DNA of 62,925 nucleotides, counting the filler, from Octopus bimaculoides (taxonomy: Eukaryota), in assembly GCF_001194135.2 (NCBI RefSeq). It is 3 parts of 3 records of this genome, joined end to end, with 100 filler letters (N's around TTAATTAATTAA, not from the genome) between each part and the next. Parts side by side here need not be neighbours in the genome. Positions count along the whole stretch, not along the records: positions 44,170 to 62,925 come from NC_068983.1; 2 more parts are not named here. One strand, 5' to 3'. The notes below the pieces were generated by a model that had not been told where the DNA came from, made no database searches, and saw only the letters and a program-made list of their open reading frames with translations. Below, one piece after another: positions 52,061 to 62,925 of this stretch. A program made the position numbers and the translations under genes. Position 1 is the stretch's first letter, and each line of letters opens with the position of its first letter.

Positions 52061-52147
52061 CTTCCAGCATATGTTTCGAAGATAACATTGATATTATTCC
52101 AAAGGAATAAAATGGTGTAAAACGATGTAATCTTCTAATCAGGGAAA
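52061..52147 (-). ncRNA. Decayed type-I hammerhead-like motif with a long stem II
   Basis: UUUCC-CUGAUUA-GAAGAUUACAU...AUGUUAUCUUC-GAAA-C-AUAU-G-CU|GGAAG; two core substitutions (G8, U16.1). Confidence 0.4.
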
Positions 52148-55100
52148 GAAAGAAAGAAAGAAAGAAAGAAAGAAACCAAACTCATCAATGAGTCATTTTT
52201 ACAGAATGTGATGGATATGTATAATGATGAACGAAACGCTATTAGGTTTTTTTTTTAAAAACGTTAGAAGATATAACGTCAAAGGTAGCCTATAGAAAGA
52301 GGAGAGGTAAAAGAAAGAAATAAGAAGAAAACTAATAAATGAGAAATATAGAGCAATATGTGAATTAAAATAAAAGCTTAAAGGTTTGGAAATAGATATA
52401 TCTAGTGGAAGTAAATGTTAGAAGAAAATCAATGTTCAAATTATATAGAATGGTAGATATCACTTATATGAGCTAAAGGTATGTTTCTGTCAATGTTTAC
52501 ATCCAGAAGCACGCTCTATAAACGTGTTTACAAGGGGATTCTTAGAAAATAGAATAGAAAACAGTTCACTATTACATATATATGTATATAATATATATAT
52601 ATATATATGTGAGTGTGTGTGTGTGTGCGTGTGTGCGTGTGTATGTATGTATGTATGCATGTATGTATGTATGTGGCATTCTCGCTAGCGGGTGCTGGGG
52701 CAAATTTTCATCTCCCTCCTATATTTAGAGGTTTTAACATAGTACGTCAATACGAGACGAATACCCCAGTAAATGGGTATTTCAGTTTGATATTACACAA
52801 TTGCGTAAACTATATTATAAAACGTGAACTCAGAGAACCGTGCGGCTATCGCAGAAAGCTCTATTCACGAACTCGACTATCAGTCCAATAAATGCATAAA
52901 ATTGTTTTATATATGATGAAGAACGAGAAAATACCCTTACCTTTAATAAGTGCTCCAATTATAGTGGAAAGGTTGAAAGAATATATCCTCACACCAAAGA
53001 TCTGGCGCAGATGCTTGCAAGAGTGTGGATTCTGATAAAGTGGCACAACTTGCCAAGCTGTGCTGCTAAACTGGGCGTCCCTGGTTTTGTAAGTGTTTGT
53101 AAGTTGGAATAAATAATAAAAATTATTTTTATTCTTTTTCAGGAAGAAACATTTAGTCTCCTTTGCTGTGTGGAGGTCAATTTACCAACCCCGTCATATT
53201 TTCTTTCTTGCATATGTCAACAACATGTAATGATATTTCCAAAAATAAAAATTTACCTCATTTGACAATGTTGTTTCTAGTTTTGTTTCGCTTGTCTTGT
53301 TCATTTTCTTGTTTTCTGATATTTTTGACACTTTAAAAATAATAGCTCGCCCTTTCCGAGCGCAGTAGTAGGTCAATGCCGTCACCATCCCGGGTACTTC
53401 AAACGTCTTGTTTACTGAACAGAACTGCGTAGCGTTTCGAGTGGTGCCGCTGTCCTAAGTGAAACTTCAGAGGCAACCAGATACTAAACAGCTCGATTGG
53501 TCTTTTGCCTTTACACCCGTTTCCTACGATCGATTTTCACAATCGAGACACTTCAGGTTTCTATCAGAGTTTCCTCAAGCTTCGACATAATCGAACGAAG
53601 AAAAATAAACATTAATATGTTCTCAATATTGTCTACTGGATATTTTACCGTCATATATAATATATAAACCAAATATAAACCAAATAATGCTTTATAGTCT
53701 ATATCCTGAAATATTGCAATCCTAGCATAGCAAAATACCTCCATCTAGCATAAATATTACTCTTTAGCACAAAGCTTCCATTCACCAGAAACAAGGATGA
53801 GTTCGTTTGTCTTATGAAGCTAATCTTTCCTATACGATCACCCTTCATATTTAGAATAAGAAATGATACATCGATGCTTTTATCCTCATAACTGTCTTCA
53901 TCTGTACCTATACTAAAATGTATAGGCCTTAACTAGTTGTGTCAATCAACAAATATTCATTAAATGAAACAATTCATATGTACCACTTGCACAATATTAA
54001 TTTATTAAAATTACATATGGATATACAGTGCGGTTGTAAATATTTGGGTACTCTAACAAAGCTACTTGACATGAGAACAGCCAGTGAATAGGAGAGAATG
54101 TGAAACCACAAGATGAGGGAAATGACTGAATCGTGTAAACCCTGTAGTATCTCTGATTAAGGCTGTTGACAAGGAGATTAGATGTGAGAAGTGAAAGACT
54201 ATCATATGGGGAAGAAGCAACATGACTCATACAAACCTGGGATAGCTTTGTGCTGAGTTGTATTTTCTCACCTTCAAATAACTGTTGATCCATAAGTTTC
54301 TAACAATCGCATTAGCTGTAAATAAGTGAAGAAGTTAAATAATCGAAAGCTTATATCTCTAAAAGACACTTGGGAAACTAAGCGCCAGTGGACAGGTGGA
54401 ATATCATTTAAGAAGAAAAAAAACTCACCTGTCAACAATTTCCACATAGTATGGGCCATAATAAAAACTAGGATTTACAATATTTTTCTAATGATATTTT
54501 TTTCCAATAATACTTTTTTCCAAAATCTCATTAAATTTTGAACCGAGATCTTGGTTGTTGTTTTTTTATAAACACCTGCTAGGTAATCTACCTGTTTTAA
54601 AAATCTATAATGCCCTTTGCATCGTCAAATCAGTTCTTTCTCTCACATTGTTAGGTAAAAACCTGTCACTTCTCAGTAACTTTTAACTTTGAGTCTCTGA
54701 TCTCCAGTTTTTAAAACAATTCCGGTTCCTTTTGCATACTTACAGATGTCGGTATATCTCCTTAGTTGGTTGTCAGTAACCCTTGTTTCGTAGCCTTCGT
54801 TAATCTCAGGAACTGTAGGTGAACTTTGGTTTAATTTCAAGGATGTAACAGAAATGGCCGTTAGCATTTAAAGCAGCCATATCAGGTCCAAATATTCTAC
54901 ATGTTTTATGTTCAAATTGGTCAGTTTCAGTCGTTCACACCTACCCTAGGTTATCATTCTAAAAATTAACAGTCACATCATCAAACTCTTTAAGTTACGA
55001 GATAATAAATGATTAATTAAAACAAAGTGTATAAATAAGCATTACATCTGACATGCTCTATTGTTTTTTTATTAAAACGTCGAAGAGCTTCTTCTTACTA

Positions 55101-56914
55101 TAATAATAATAATAAATGGTTTACCTTCTGCAAAAGTTTTTCCTTTTTTGAATTCATAAAAATCTGGATATAAACCCCTTCCAAATTTTTTTCCGTTTTT
55201 TTTTTTTTTTGGTGGGGTGGGTTCTTTAACAAAATTTATGGTACAAATCTGGCATTCACTTTGCTCGTAGTTAGTAAGCAAGTACACTATTTGTCTGCAT
55301 AAAATTAAAACTTACAAACAGTATGCTGCCATTGTATATGACAAATATTTTACCATTGAAAACCAGTTTTTTTCCAATGCCTGAACAAAAGTATCTTACA
55401 GAACTAATTTCTAAAAGTAATTTCTACCAGGGCTTCAAAAATTGTTTCCTAATTTGTTACTCACGTCTGTGTGTACTGTTTGATATGCCTAGCAAAGAAA
55501 AACAACACTCAATTCAGTGAGTGAAACCACTGTATTTATTTCATGAATACACGAGTTATACGTGAACTGCTTCAAGTTTCATGCTCAGAAAGTGAGGTGT
55601 TCGAACTGGTTGTATGGCGAACTGTGTACGATTCGAGTCATAAAATATGAGGAAAAAGAAATACATGAGAAAAACCTAGCTTCCAAGAGCGGATTAACTC
55701 CATTTCTTTTGTAGCGTTTAACATTTTTCTCATAATCTTTATAGTTTTTCTTGGTATTACCTTACAGATAGCCATGGTTTATGTGTCTGACTAATTGCCG
55801 CATCGTACTCAGTGCAAGCTAGTCCGAACACCGCATCATCAGAACATAAAACTTGAAGTAGCTCTCGTATAACTTCTGTATTCATTAAATGATATTTCAT
55901 TCTCATTGAATATATTGGGGTTTGTTTGCTGATCCTATCAAATAGCGAAGAATACATTATAATTCCCAACACGCGAATTTACACCGCAAATTCAGGCAGA
56001 TTATCACATATTATTGGCAAGATATCCACAGGTTTAGTTGAGGCTTCTAATGTTTCAACCAACACAATGCAGAAAAGGATTTATACCACAAAGAATACTC
56101 CATCAAGAATATACCTACACAGTCTAATAACCTATATCTTAGGATGCTCCCAGGTAGAGTTGAGACATGGTGAGACTGTTGTGCTGGAAGATCCTATATT
56201 TTGACATCGGGGTGATCCCACCCCGCCACGGAACGCTATGATTTAAAACGACCCACAGTGTATGATATTAAGCTTCATTTGAAGACGACCTCCTAGATAC
56301 TCTAACCAACATTAAATTCCATAAGTACAGTAGCCTTTCTAGGTTTAACTGATATTAAAACCTTTAGAAGCTAAAAATAATTCTGTGCTTTTTTCCTTAT
56401 TAGATTTATATGATGTAAGGAAAGATAAATACGATGTGTTGCTAACCGATTGTATCTCTAGTAAATGTAATGAGGTGAACACATTTCAAAATAGACATCA
56501 ATGACGAAGGTAAACTCCTTACACACGTAATAAATTTGACGATAGGATAGAATATTTAACTAAAAGGGAAACTTTAAAGGATCAAGAATACAATTTCTCA
56601 AAGAGACCAATCTGTAGATTTATATGCCCTACTAGAACTGAAATAGGTTTTATACACTAGCCCCCATCTTTACAAAAACGAAAGTGATATTAGCAATAAA
56701 ATTAGAAAGGCTACAAAACTGCAGCAGTGGGCCAAAAGTAGCACCGTCATAGGCTAGTATAAAAACATAGAGAATAAGTTTAAAGATTATTTCATACAAT
56801 TTGATATCTGAACTTTACTCCTCGATACGAGACCCTTGCTACATGATGCAATAAATGCGCCTGAAAATATTATTCTATTGGCCAAACAAAGATTTAGTTA
56901 AACATGCATCCAAA

Positions 56915-57333
56915 CTTGCTTCTCAACCACGTGGTTCTGGGTTCAATCCCACTGCGTAGCACTTTGGGTGTTTTCTCCTATAGCCTCAGGCCGACCAAAG
57001 CCTTGTGAGTGGATTTGGTTGACGGAGACTGAAAGAAGCACGTCGTATGCGTATATGCATACGTGTATGAGTGTATGTGTGTGCGTATGATAGAGGGAGA
57101 TCGAGTGTGTATATGTGTGTGTGTCTTTGTGTCTATGTTTGTTTCCCCACTTGACAACCGGTGTTGGTATATTTACGTCCTCATAAGTTAGCGCTTCGGC
57201 AAAAGGGACCGATAGAATAAAGACCAGTCCTTCAAAAATAAGCACCAGGGTAGATTCAGTTGCCAAAAATTCTTCAAGGCACTGTCTCAGCATAACCACA
57301 GTTTAATGACTGAATCAAGTAAAGGATAAAAGA
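56915..57333 (+). mobile_element. tRNA-SINE family A
   Basis: AACCACGTGGTTCTGGGTTCAATCCCACTGCG (B box)...GGCCGACCAAAGCCTTGTGAGTGGATTTGG... Confidence 0.88.
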
Positions 57334-57957
57334 AAGTTTTTATACTAATGCTTGTTTCAGAATGAAACAAATAATTTTTTCAGTGAAATATACGTGATCC
57401 TTTTTCAGTATAGAGAGAAAAGGTATTATAAATCGCGGGGCTAATTGTTTTCAATTGATATTTGTACTTGTGGCGAAATAAAACCCTACGCGTATCTCCC
57501 TTAAAACTAATAACGAAATTAGTACCAGTAATATACTTATATTTTTATCAGTTACTGTATTTAACGCTGAATTAAGGCAATCAATATCCATGATTATTTG
57601 AATGAAAAAATGTCATTTGTCTTTCGTTGATGACTTAAAGTCGCTTGATATTTTATGAGAAACGATATTGAGTCAACAATAAGAAATTTAAGTGTAATCC
57701 ATAAAGGATATATGTTCTAATACGAAAATATAAATCTTCCTATTGTTAGCCATTGTCTATTAATCGCTGTGGATTATACGGCAATGAAACAGCTGTAATT
57801 GTAATGAAAAACATCGATGCCACAGAAAGCTCGTTGATATGCACAACTTTTAACCATAACTGAAGTAGTGGCAAAAACAAATATCCATGATACACAATCA
57901 AATGCGAGATAAATATTTACAAAAAGATTATGTATCTGTGTGTGTGTTTGTGCATGC

Positions 57958-58001
57958 TTGTGTGTGTGTGTGTGAGTGTAGGTGTGTGTGTGTGTGTGTG
58001 T

Positions 58002-58078
<77 letters not shown>
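57958..58078. repeat. (GT)n microsatellite
   Basis: Direct reading. Confidence 0.95.
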
Positions 58079-58081
<3 letters not shown>

Positions 58082-58300
58082 AAGTATGAAGTACATTATG
58101 GTAGGATAAGAAGAAAAATATTTTCAATTAAAATATGTGTATGCGTGTCTTTGCACGTTATTATAAACATATATGTACAAATGTATATATTTGCAGGTAC
58201 ACATACATACATGCAGTTAGATAGATAGATTTTATATATATGTATACGTATACAAATATATACATACATTTATGTGCGTAGAAGGGAAGCGAGGCTTGTA

Positions 58301-58340
58301 TATATATAAGAGACAAGATACAGCATCCAGGCATTCACTT
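58301..58340 (+). promoter_or_regulatory. Putative core promoter of gene 2 (TATA box plus initiator)
   Basis: TATATATAAG at 58301-58310 and an Inr-like GCATTCACTT about 30 nt downstream (58331-58340), 26 nt before an ATG that opens a signal peptide. The flanking DNA is TA-rich, so a chance TATA is possible. Confidence 0.5.
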
Positions 58341-58365
58341 GCTTCTACTCGTATCTACATTCAGT

Positions 58366-58441
58366 ATGAGGTTCGTGATGATATCGCCGTTTACTTTTCT
58401 GTTGGTGACCCTCCAGTTGTTGCTGCCATCTTCATCATACT
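58366..58441 (+). CDS. Gene 2 exon 1: signal peptide
   Basis: ATG AGG TTC GTG ATG ATA TCG CCG TTT ACT TTT CTG TTG GTG ACC CTC CAG TTG TTG CTG CCA TCT TCA TCA TAC T|gtaagt gives MRFVMISPFTFLLVTLQLLLPSSSY (basic N-region, hydrophobic core, small residues). The consensus donor is phase 1, matching the VWA exon. Confidence 0.78.
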
Positions 58442-58810
58442 GTAAGTTATATATATATATATGCATGCATGTATGTATGTATGTATGTACGTATGTATAC
58501 ATGGGTGTGTATGTATATATATGTATACATACACATATGCATACGTGTGTATGTGTGCCTATATATATTATATATTTTGTATCTCATGAAGCCTTTAATA
58601 GTTGTTTTGTCTTTCGTTCGTCTCGCACATGATTATGACTTCATTCTGTTTCCACATTGGTACATTATCACGTTATCTCTCTAATTCCTTTCCTGTAAAG
58701 TACAGTAATACTATTGTCCCACTATTCCTTTCTTGCAAGAGATATATCTTCTTCTCTCCACCCTATATTTCACTGTTTGCTTGCGTAATGCACTTGCTGC
58801 GATCTATTGA

Positions 58811-58814
<4 letters not shown>

Positions 58815-58863
<49 letters not shown>
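58815..58863. repeat. (CT)n microsatellite
   Basis: Direct reading. Confidence 0.95.
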
Positions 58864-58867
<4 letters not shown>

Positions 58868-59401
58868 CTTTCTTTCTATTCTCCCTCTCTGTGCTTCTCT
58901 ATATCACTTTCTACCTCTATGACTCCCTCGTAAAAACACAAACGAATATTAGTGGAAAACTGCAATTTACAATGGGACACGTAGAGACATATATGATTAT
59001 ACCTGCACAATAACCGTAAGTAGGTCAAGGTAAATCTTTAATGAACACCCCTCGTATGTATGTATCTAATTTTTCACTCTGTGGAATACTTTCTAATTCT
59101 CTGTTCAATTATTCTACACGTAGCCTCTACTTCTTCCCTGCTACTTATTTATATCTTCAAATTCAACTTTATTCTTTCTTTATGGCACTTCTCTCAAGAT
59201 GAGGCACGCATACACACACACACACACACACACACACGTGTGTGTGTATGTGTGCGTACACGAAGCGACAATTTTTAAATACAAATAAATGATCGAAAAA
59301 TGATGAGCTAACGCTAGCCAGAATCGAACCCACAAATCAACGCTTACACGGCTCCGTAACTTACAAAGCCTTTCTGGTTTGTTTAAAAATATTATATGTG
59401 G

Positions 59402-59447
<46 letters not shown>

Positions 59448-60073
59448 NNNNNNNNNNNNNNNNNNNNNNNNNNNNNNNNNNNNNNNNNNNNNNNNNNNNN
59501 NNNNNNNNNNNNNNNNNNNNNNNNNNNNNNNNNNNNNNNNNNNNNNNNNNNNNNNNNNNNNNNNNNNNNNNNNNNNNNNNNNNNNNNNNNNNNNNNNNNN
59601 NNNNNNNNNNNNNNNNNNNNNNNNNNNNNNNNNNNNNNNNNNNNNNNNNNNNNNNNNNNNNNNNNNNNNNNNNNNNNNNNNNNNNATATACATGTACATA
59701 TATATACTTATATACATATACACATACATACATACTTATAGTCACATTCATATATATATCTATATATACATATAAATACATATACATACATGTATGTAAA
59801 TATACATGCATACATATATACATACATACACACACGCGCAGGCACGTACGCAGACACTCACTCACAAACACACACACATATATAGCGACAGAAGCAGTAT
59901 TAATACTAAGAAGTAGTATTTATCTCTCACTTAAAGTGGATGTTATGTTGTGTTAGAACACAGAATACTGCATTGTATAGCACGAGAGAACCTCCCATAT
60001 GGACTTGTACTTGATTATTTAATCTTAGAATTCATTTTAATTCGATGAACACCTATGCATTCTTTTATTACAG

Positions 60074-60637
60074 CATGTGAAGAGGGTAAAGCTGACATCA
60101 TGTTTGTTTTAGACGAATCGAGTAGTGTTGGCCAAAAAAACTTTGAAACAACGAAATCCTTCGTTCAAAATGTTGTCACCAATCTTCCTGTCGGATCAGA
60201 TTCCGTTCACGTAGGCCTGCTGAAATATGGCTTTGGAGTTAACGAGGAATTTGATTTACGTAAATACGAGGATCCAAGTTCATTGAAGAACGCAATAAAG
60301 GAAGTTGGTTACGACGGTGGTATTACAAATACACATAAAGCATTAGATTATCTTCGTACGAATTCTTTTACAGCATCTAAAGGGGATAGAGAAGATGCTC
60401 CAAACATTGCAATCTTAATAACAGACGGAAAATCAATTGATAAAGAGAAGACAAAGGAAGCTGCAGAACGTTTAAAAGCTGCTGGTGTTACTGTATTTTC
60501 TATAGGAGTAGACAAAGCTGTTCAAGACGAGTTGGAAGCAATTGCTAGTAAACCAAGCTCGGAATACGTATTTTATGTAGAAGACGTTAATGGCCTTGAT
60601 GAAATTAAAGAGCGTATATCATCAGATATTTGTAACC
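60074..60637 (+). CDS. Gene 2 exon 2: von Willebrand factor A domain with intact MIDAS (matrilin/collagen-VI-like)
   Basis: Acceptor tcttttattacag|, donor AAC C|gtaagt, phase 1 to 1. CEEGKADIMFVLDESSSVG (DxSxS), GGITNTHKAL (T), AILITDGKS (D), GVTVFSIGV, ELEAIASKP. Confidence 0.95.
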
Positions 60638-61130
60638 GTAAGTGTTTTTCAAATACATTATTTCGTTATAAACTTTTATAAAATAGATTTGATTTTCAAT
60701 TTTTGCAACAGTCTGTGATAGTGGTGCTGGTTTTGACTGCGTTATGATGTTCCCGGTTAGCTTCTGGTCGTTCCTGAACGATTAGACTCATGATTAAAGA
60801 AATTATCCATTGCTTCATTTTTCAAAGGCTGTATAAGGAGTAACCATCCAATTTGTTTTGTTTTTTGTTTTTTGTTTTTTTCAAAGAATATATACTGGAG
60901 TATTAGAATCTTCTGCTTTTCTGTAGCATTGCGTACCGGAAAAATTTTACCGTCTCATAAATTTCCCTTGTAGAAACCGATTTTTTTCATTGACTTCCAT
61001 GTTTCATGGAATTGAAAAAACATGGGCGTGAATTGAAAAATACATTTTGTATAATAGTTCCTCTTGTATTACAAAAATTTCAGGAATGTAAAGCTTTCGA
61101 AAAGCTTATTTTGCTCTCACCACCCTGTGC

Positions 61131-61132
<2 letters not shown>

Positions 61133-61210
<78 letters not shown>
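61133..61210. repeat. (GT)n microsatellite
   Basis: Direct reading. Confidence 0.95.
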
Positions 61211-61215
<5 letters not shown>

Positions 61216-61474
61216 TGTGGGTGTAGGTATGTCTCTTCTACTTTTTGATTATTATAAATCTTCCACTGAGGAGGGTACCGGTTTCCAACAAAGATACAAG
61301 GCTCCATCTTTGAGATGTAGTTAACCAAATCCACATTTGCATGTATGTATGTATGTATGTATGTATATAGCTAGCTAGCCCGCTATCTATGTATAACTTA
61401 AAGGAAGTTAAATGCAGTGACTTAGACTGTGCCATATCAAAATATATTGCTTAAAATGTTTGTGGTATTTACAG

Positions 61475-61588
61475 AGGTTAACCCATGTGAAAACGTACCT
61501 TGCGAAAATTTTGGAAAATGTATCGTAAATAATACAGACTATTATTGCCAGTGCCCCGAAGGATTTCAAGGACAAAATTGTTCCATTG
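61475..61588 (+). CDS. Gene 2 exon 3: EGF-like domain
   Basis: Acceptor gtatttacag|, donor ATT G|gtaagt, phase 1 to 1. VNPCENVPCENFGKCIVNNTDYYCQCPEGFQGQNCSI has the six-cysteine EGF pattern. Confidence 0.93.
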
Positions 61589-61784
61589 GTAAGTTTTTTT
61601 ATAGTTATGTTATATATTCAATAATTCCATAAGCATTGGAGTTGCATAAACGAAAGTGTCACAGTTGAAATTTTTGTATCCAATAGAAACTTAGGTAACA
61701 TATTTTGAACAAGTATTTCCATTTATATTTATTTCTTGCCTTCCAAGTAAATGAATATATATATAAAAATAATTGTTCAAAAAC

Positions 61785-62160
61785 ATGTAACTCAATAAAG
61801 AATGTGCTCAACACAAAGCATCACAATATCATACGTACCATACTCCTCAATAGCACCGTCATACCTGCGCTCATATACGAAATTGAGACGTGAGCTCTTA
61901 CAAATAGGATAGAACATCGATTGGCTAAAACGTAAAGGACCATGGAAAGATCCATACTAGTGATATTACGTGAGCATGTACGAGATGAAATAATTCGAGA
62001 ACGGAGCATAGTGAGCGATGTGATCGTAGAATACCAAAAGCAGAAGTTCCGCTGAGCGGAACTTATCACAGAGGAACCATTGCAGTTGCCGAGTAGTATC
62101 CAAGAGATCGGAAAATGCCACTTGGGAACCTTCCACGACGATGGGAAGACGATCTAGTTA
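61785..62160 (+). mobile_element. RTE-clade LINE 3' fragment (intronic)
   Basis: LLNSTVIPALIYEIET*ALT...RTMERSIL...VRDEIIRERS.VSDVI..YQKQKFR*A....*YPRDRKMPLG..PRRWEDD is an RTE-1-type C-terminus with stops. Confidence 0.8.
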
Positions 62161-62428
62161 AGTAATTTGGGCCAAAATGGAAAAAGAATGGCGTAATCAG
62201 GATAAAACTGGAAACGCATTGCGACCAGCGGTGTATAACAGCATCTGATGGTCTGGTCCATACTGAGAAACAGTGATTTTCAATTGTTATATTTAATACT
62301 GCAACAAAAGTGCAAAGTATTGTTGTTTCATTTATTGGATTTACAAATTGTTTAATATCGTTAATTAACTAATGGATTAACTAGTGGATTAACTAGTGAA
62401 TATTTCATTGTTTGTTTTATTATTCTAG

Positions 62429-62505
62429 TGATATATAGCAAGTCGTATTGGTGCTCATCTGAGTACCCCGTTAATCAAATACATGCAGGAATGCTACCAG
62501 ATTAA
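62429..62505 (+). CDS. Candidate terminal exon of gene 2
   Basis: Acceptor tttgttttattattctag| is open only in phase 1 (the phase required): VIYSKSYWCSSEYPVNQIHAGMLPD-stop. No domain motif and no clear polyA signal seen. Confidence 0.3.
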
Positions 62506-62644
62506 TTGTCTTGATCGAATAGAGCCCCGTTATTTTCTAAATATATCCTCCATGCTGGAATCCCGTATTAGCTCGGGTTTACACAAAGTTTAAGACGAGA
62601 AACCTTGATGATACTACTGCCGCTTGTGCTTTATTCTTATAGGT

Positions 62645-62860
62645 TGTATTTTGTATTTGTTGCAGTCATTGAACTGCGGCCATGCTGGGGCACCACCTTC
62701 AAAATTTTAGTCGGACAAATCTCCGCTCCCCACTCAATACTTGCAAGTCAAGGACTTATTCTGTCGGTCTATTTTAGCGAACCGCCAGTTTACGGCGACA
62801 GAAACAAGCCAGAACCGTTTGTCAAGGGGTTTAGGGGCACAAACATTGACACAAAGACAC
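62645..62860 (-). mobile_element. tRNA-SINE family A, degenerate 3' half
   Basis: CAGTCATTGAACTGCGGCCATGCTGGGGCACCACCTT...TTGTCAAGGGGTTTAGGGGCACAAAC. Confidence 0.75.
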
Positions 62861-62862
62861 AT

Positions 62863-62899
<37 letters not shown>

Positions 62900-62925
62900 T
62901 ACATACATATATATGTTTATATATA

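Noticed and set aside
56209-56226. GGTGATCCC as the GDPH motif of the missing VWD N-terminus
   Set aside because: It reads GDPTPPR then stops, and it lies downstream of the VWD exon; only a 6-bp hairpin.
60712-60785. Possible extra exon LCDSGAGFDCVMMFP after VWA
   Set aside because: The only donor is phase 0 and incompatible with the phase-1 EGF exon; otherwise it ends in a stop. It cannot be supported without RNA data.

Overview
Eukaryotic, AT-rich, microsatellite-saturated genomic DNA. The SINE/LINE content is characteristic of an Octopus-like cephalopod (inference). The window is three scaffolds joined by two artificial 100-nt spacers (44 N + TTAATTAATTAA + 44 N, at 30500-30599 and 44070-44169). 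Real coding sequence is confined to the last segment, on the + strand. Gene 1 (5' end missing) has six phase-compatible GT-AG exons at 44801-51022 encoding VWD(C-half)-C8-TIL-TILa/EGF-like-PAN-PAN, i.e. a zonadhesin/FCGBP-like module with a tandem PAN/apple tail. Gene 2 starts at a TATA/Inr promoter (~58301-58340) and encodes signal peptide-VWA(MIDAS)-EGF. The second PAN exon has no entry in the supplied ORF track, and the signal-peptide exon is buried in a longer ORF there. The rest is transposon debris: a Gypsy pol remnant with LTR/PBS, a hAT transposase pseudogene, hAT and TA-flanked MITEs, several RTE LINE fragments, an RLE-type LINE 3' end, three tRNA-SINE families, Penelope-like terminal repeats and a Helitron-like 3' end. 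The most unusual signals are several minimal type-I hammerhead-ribozyme-like motifs with non-canonical cores (one in the 3' UTR of an RLE LINE), an 82-bp-arm hairpin whose mismatches are mostly G.U on one strand, a strongly CpG-depleted middle scaffold, and an unidentified decayed multi-exon sequence between the two genes. No tRNA, rRNA or CRISPR features are supported. Almost all IYIY/CVCV/THTH ORFs in the track are microsatellite or gap artefacts. All calls were made by manual reading; no database search was run.
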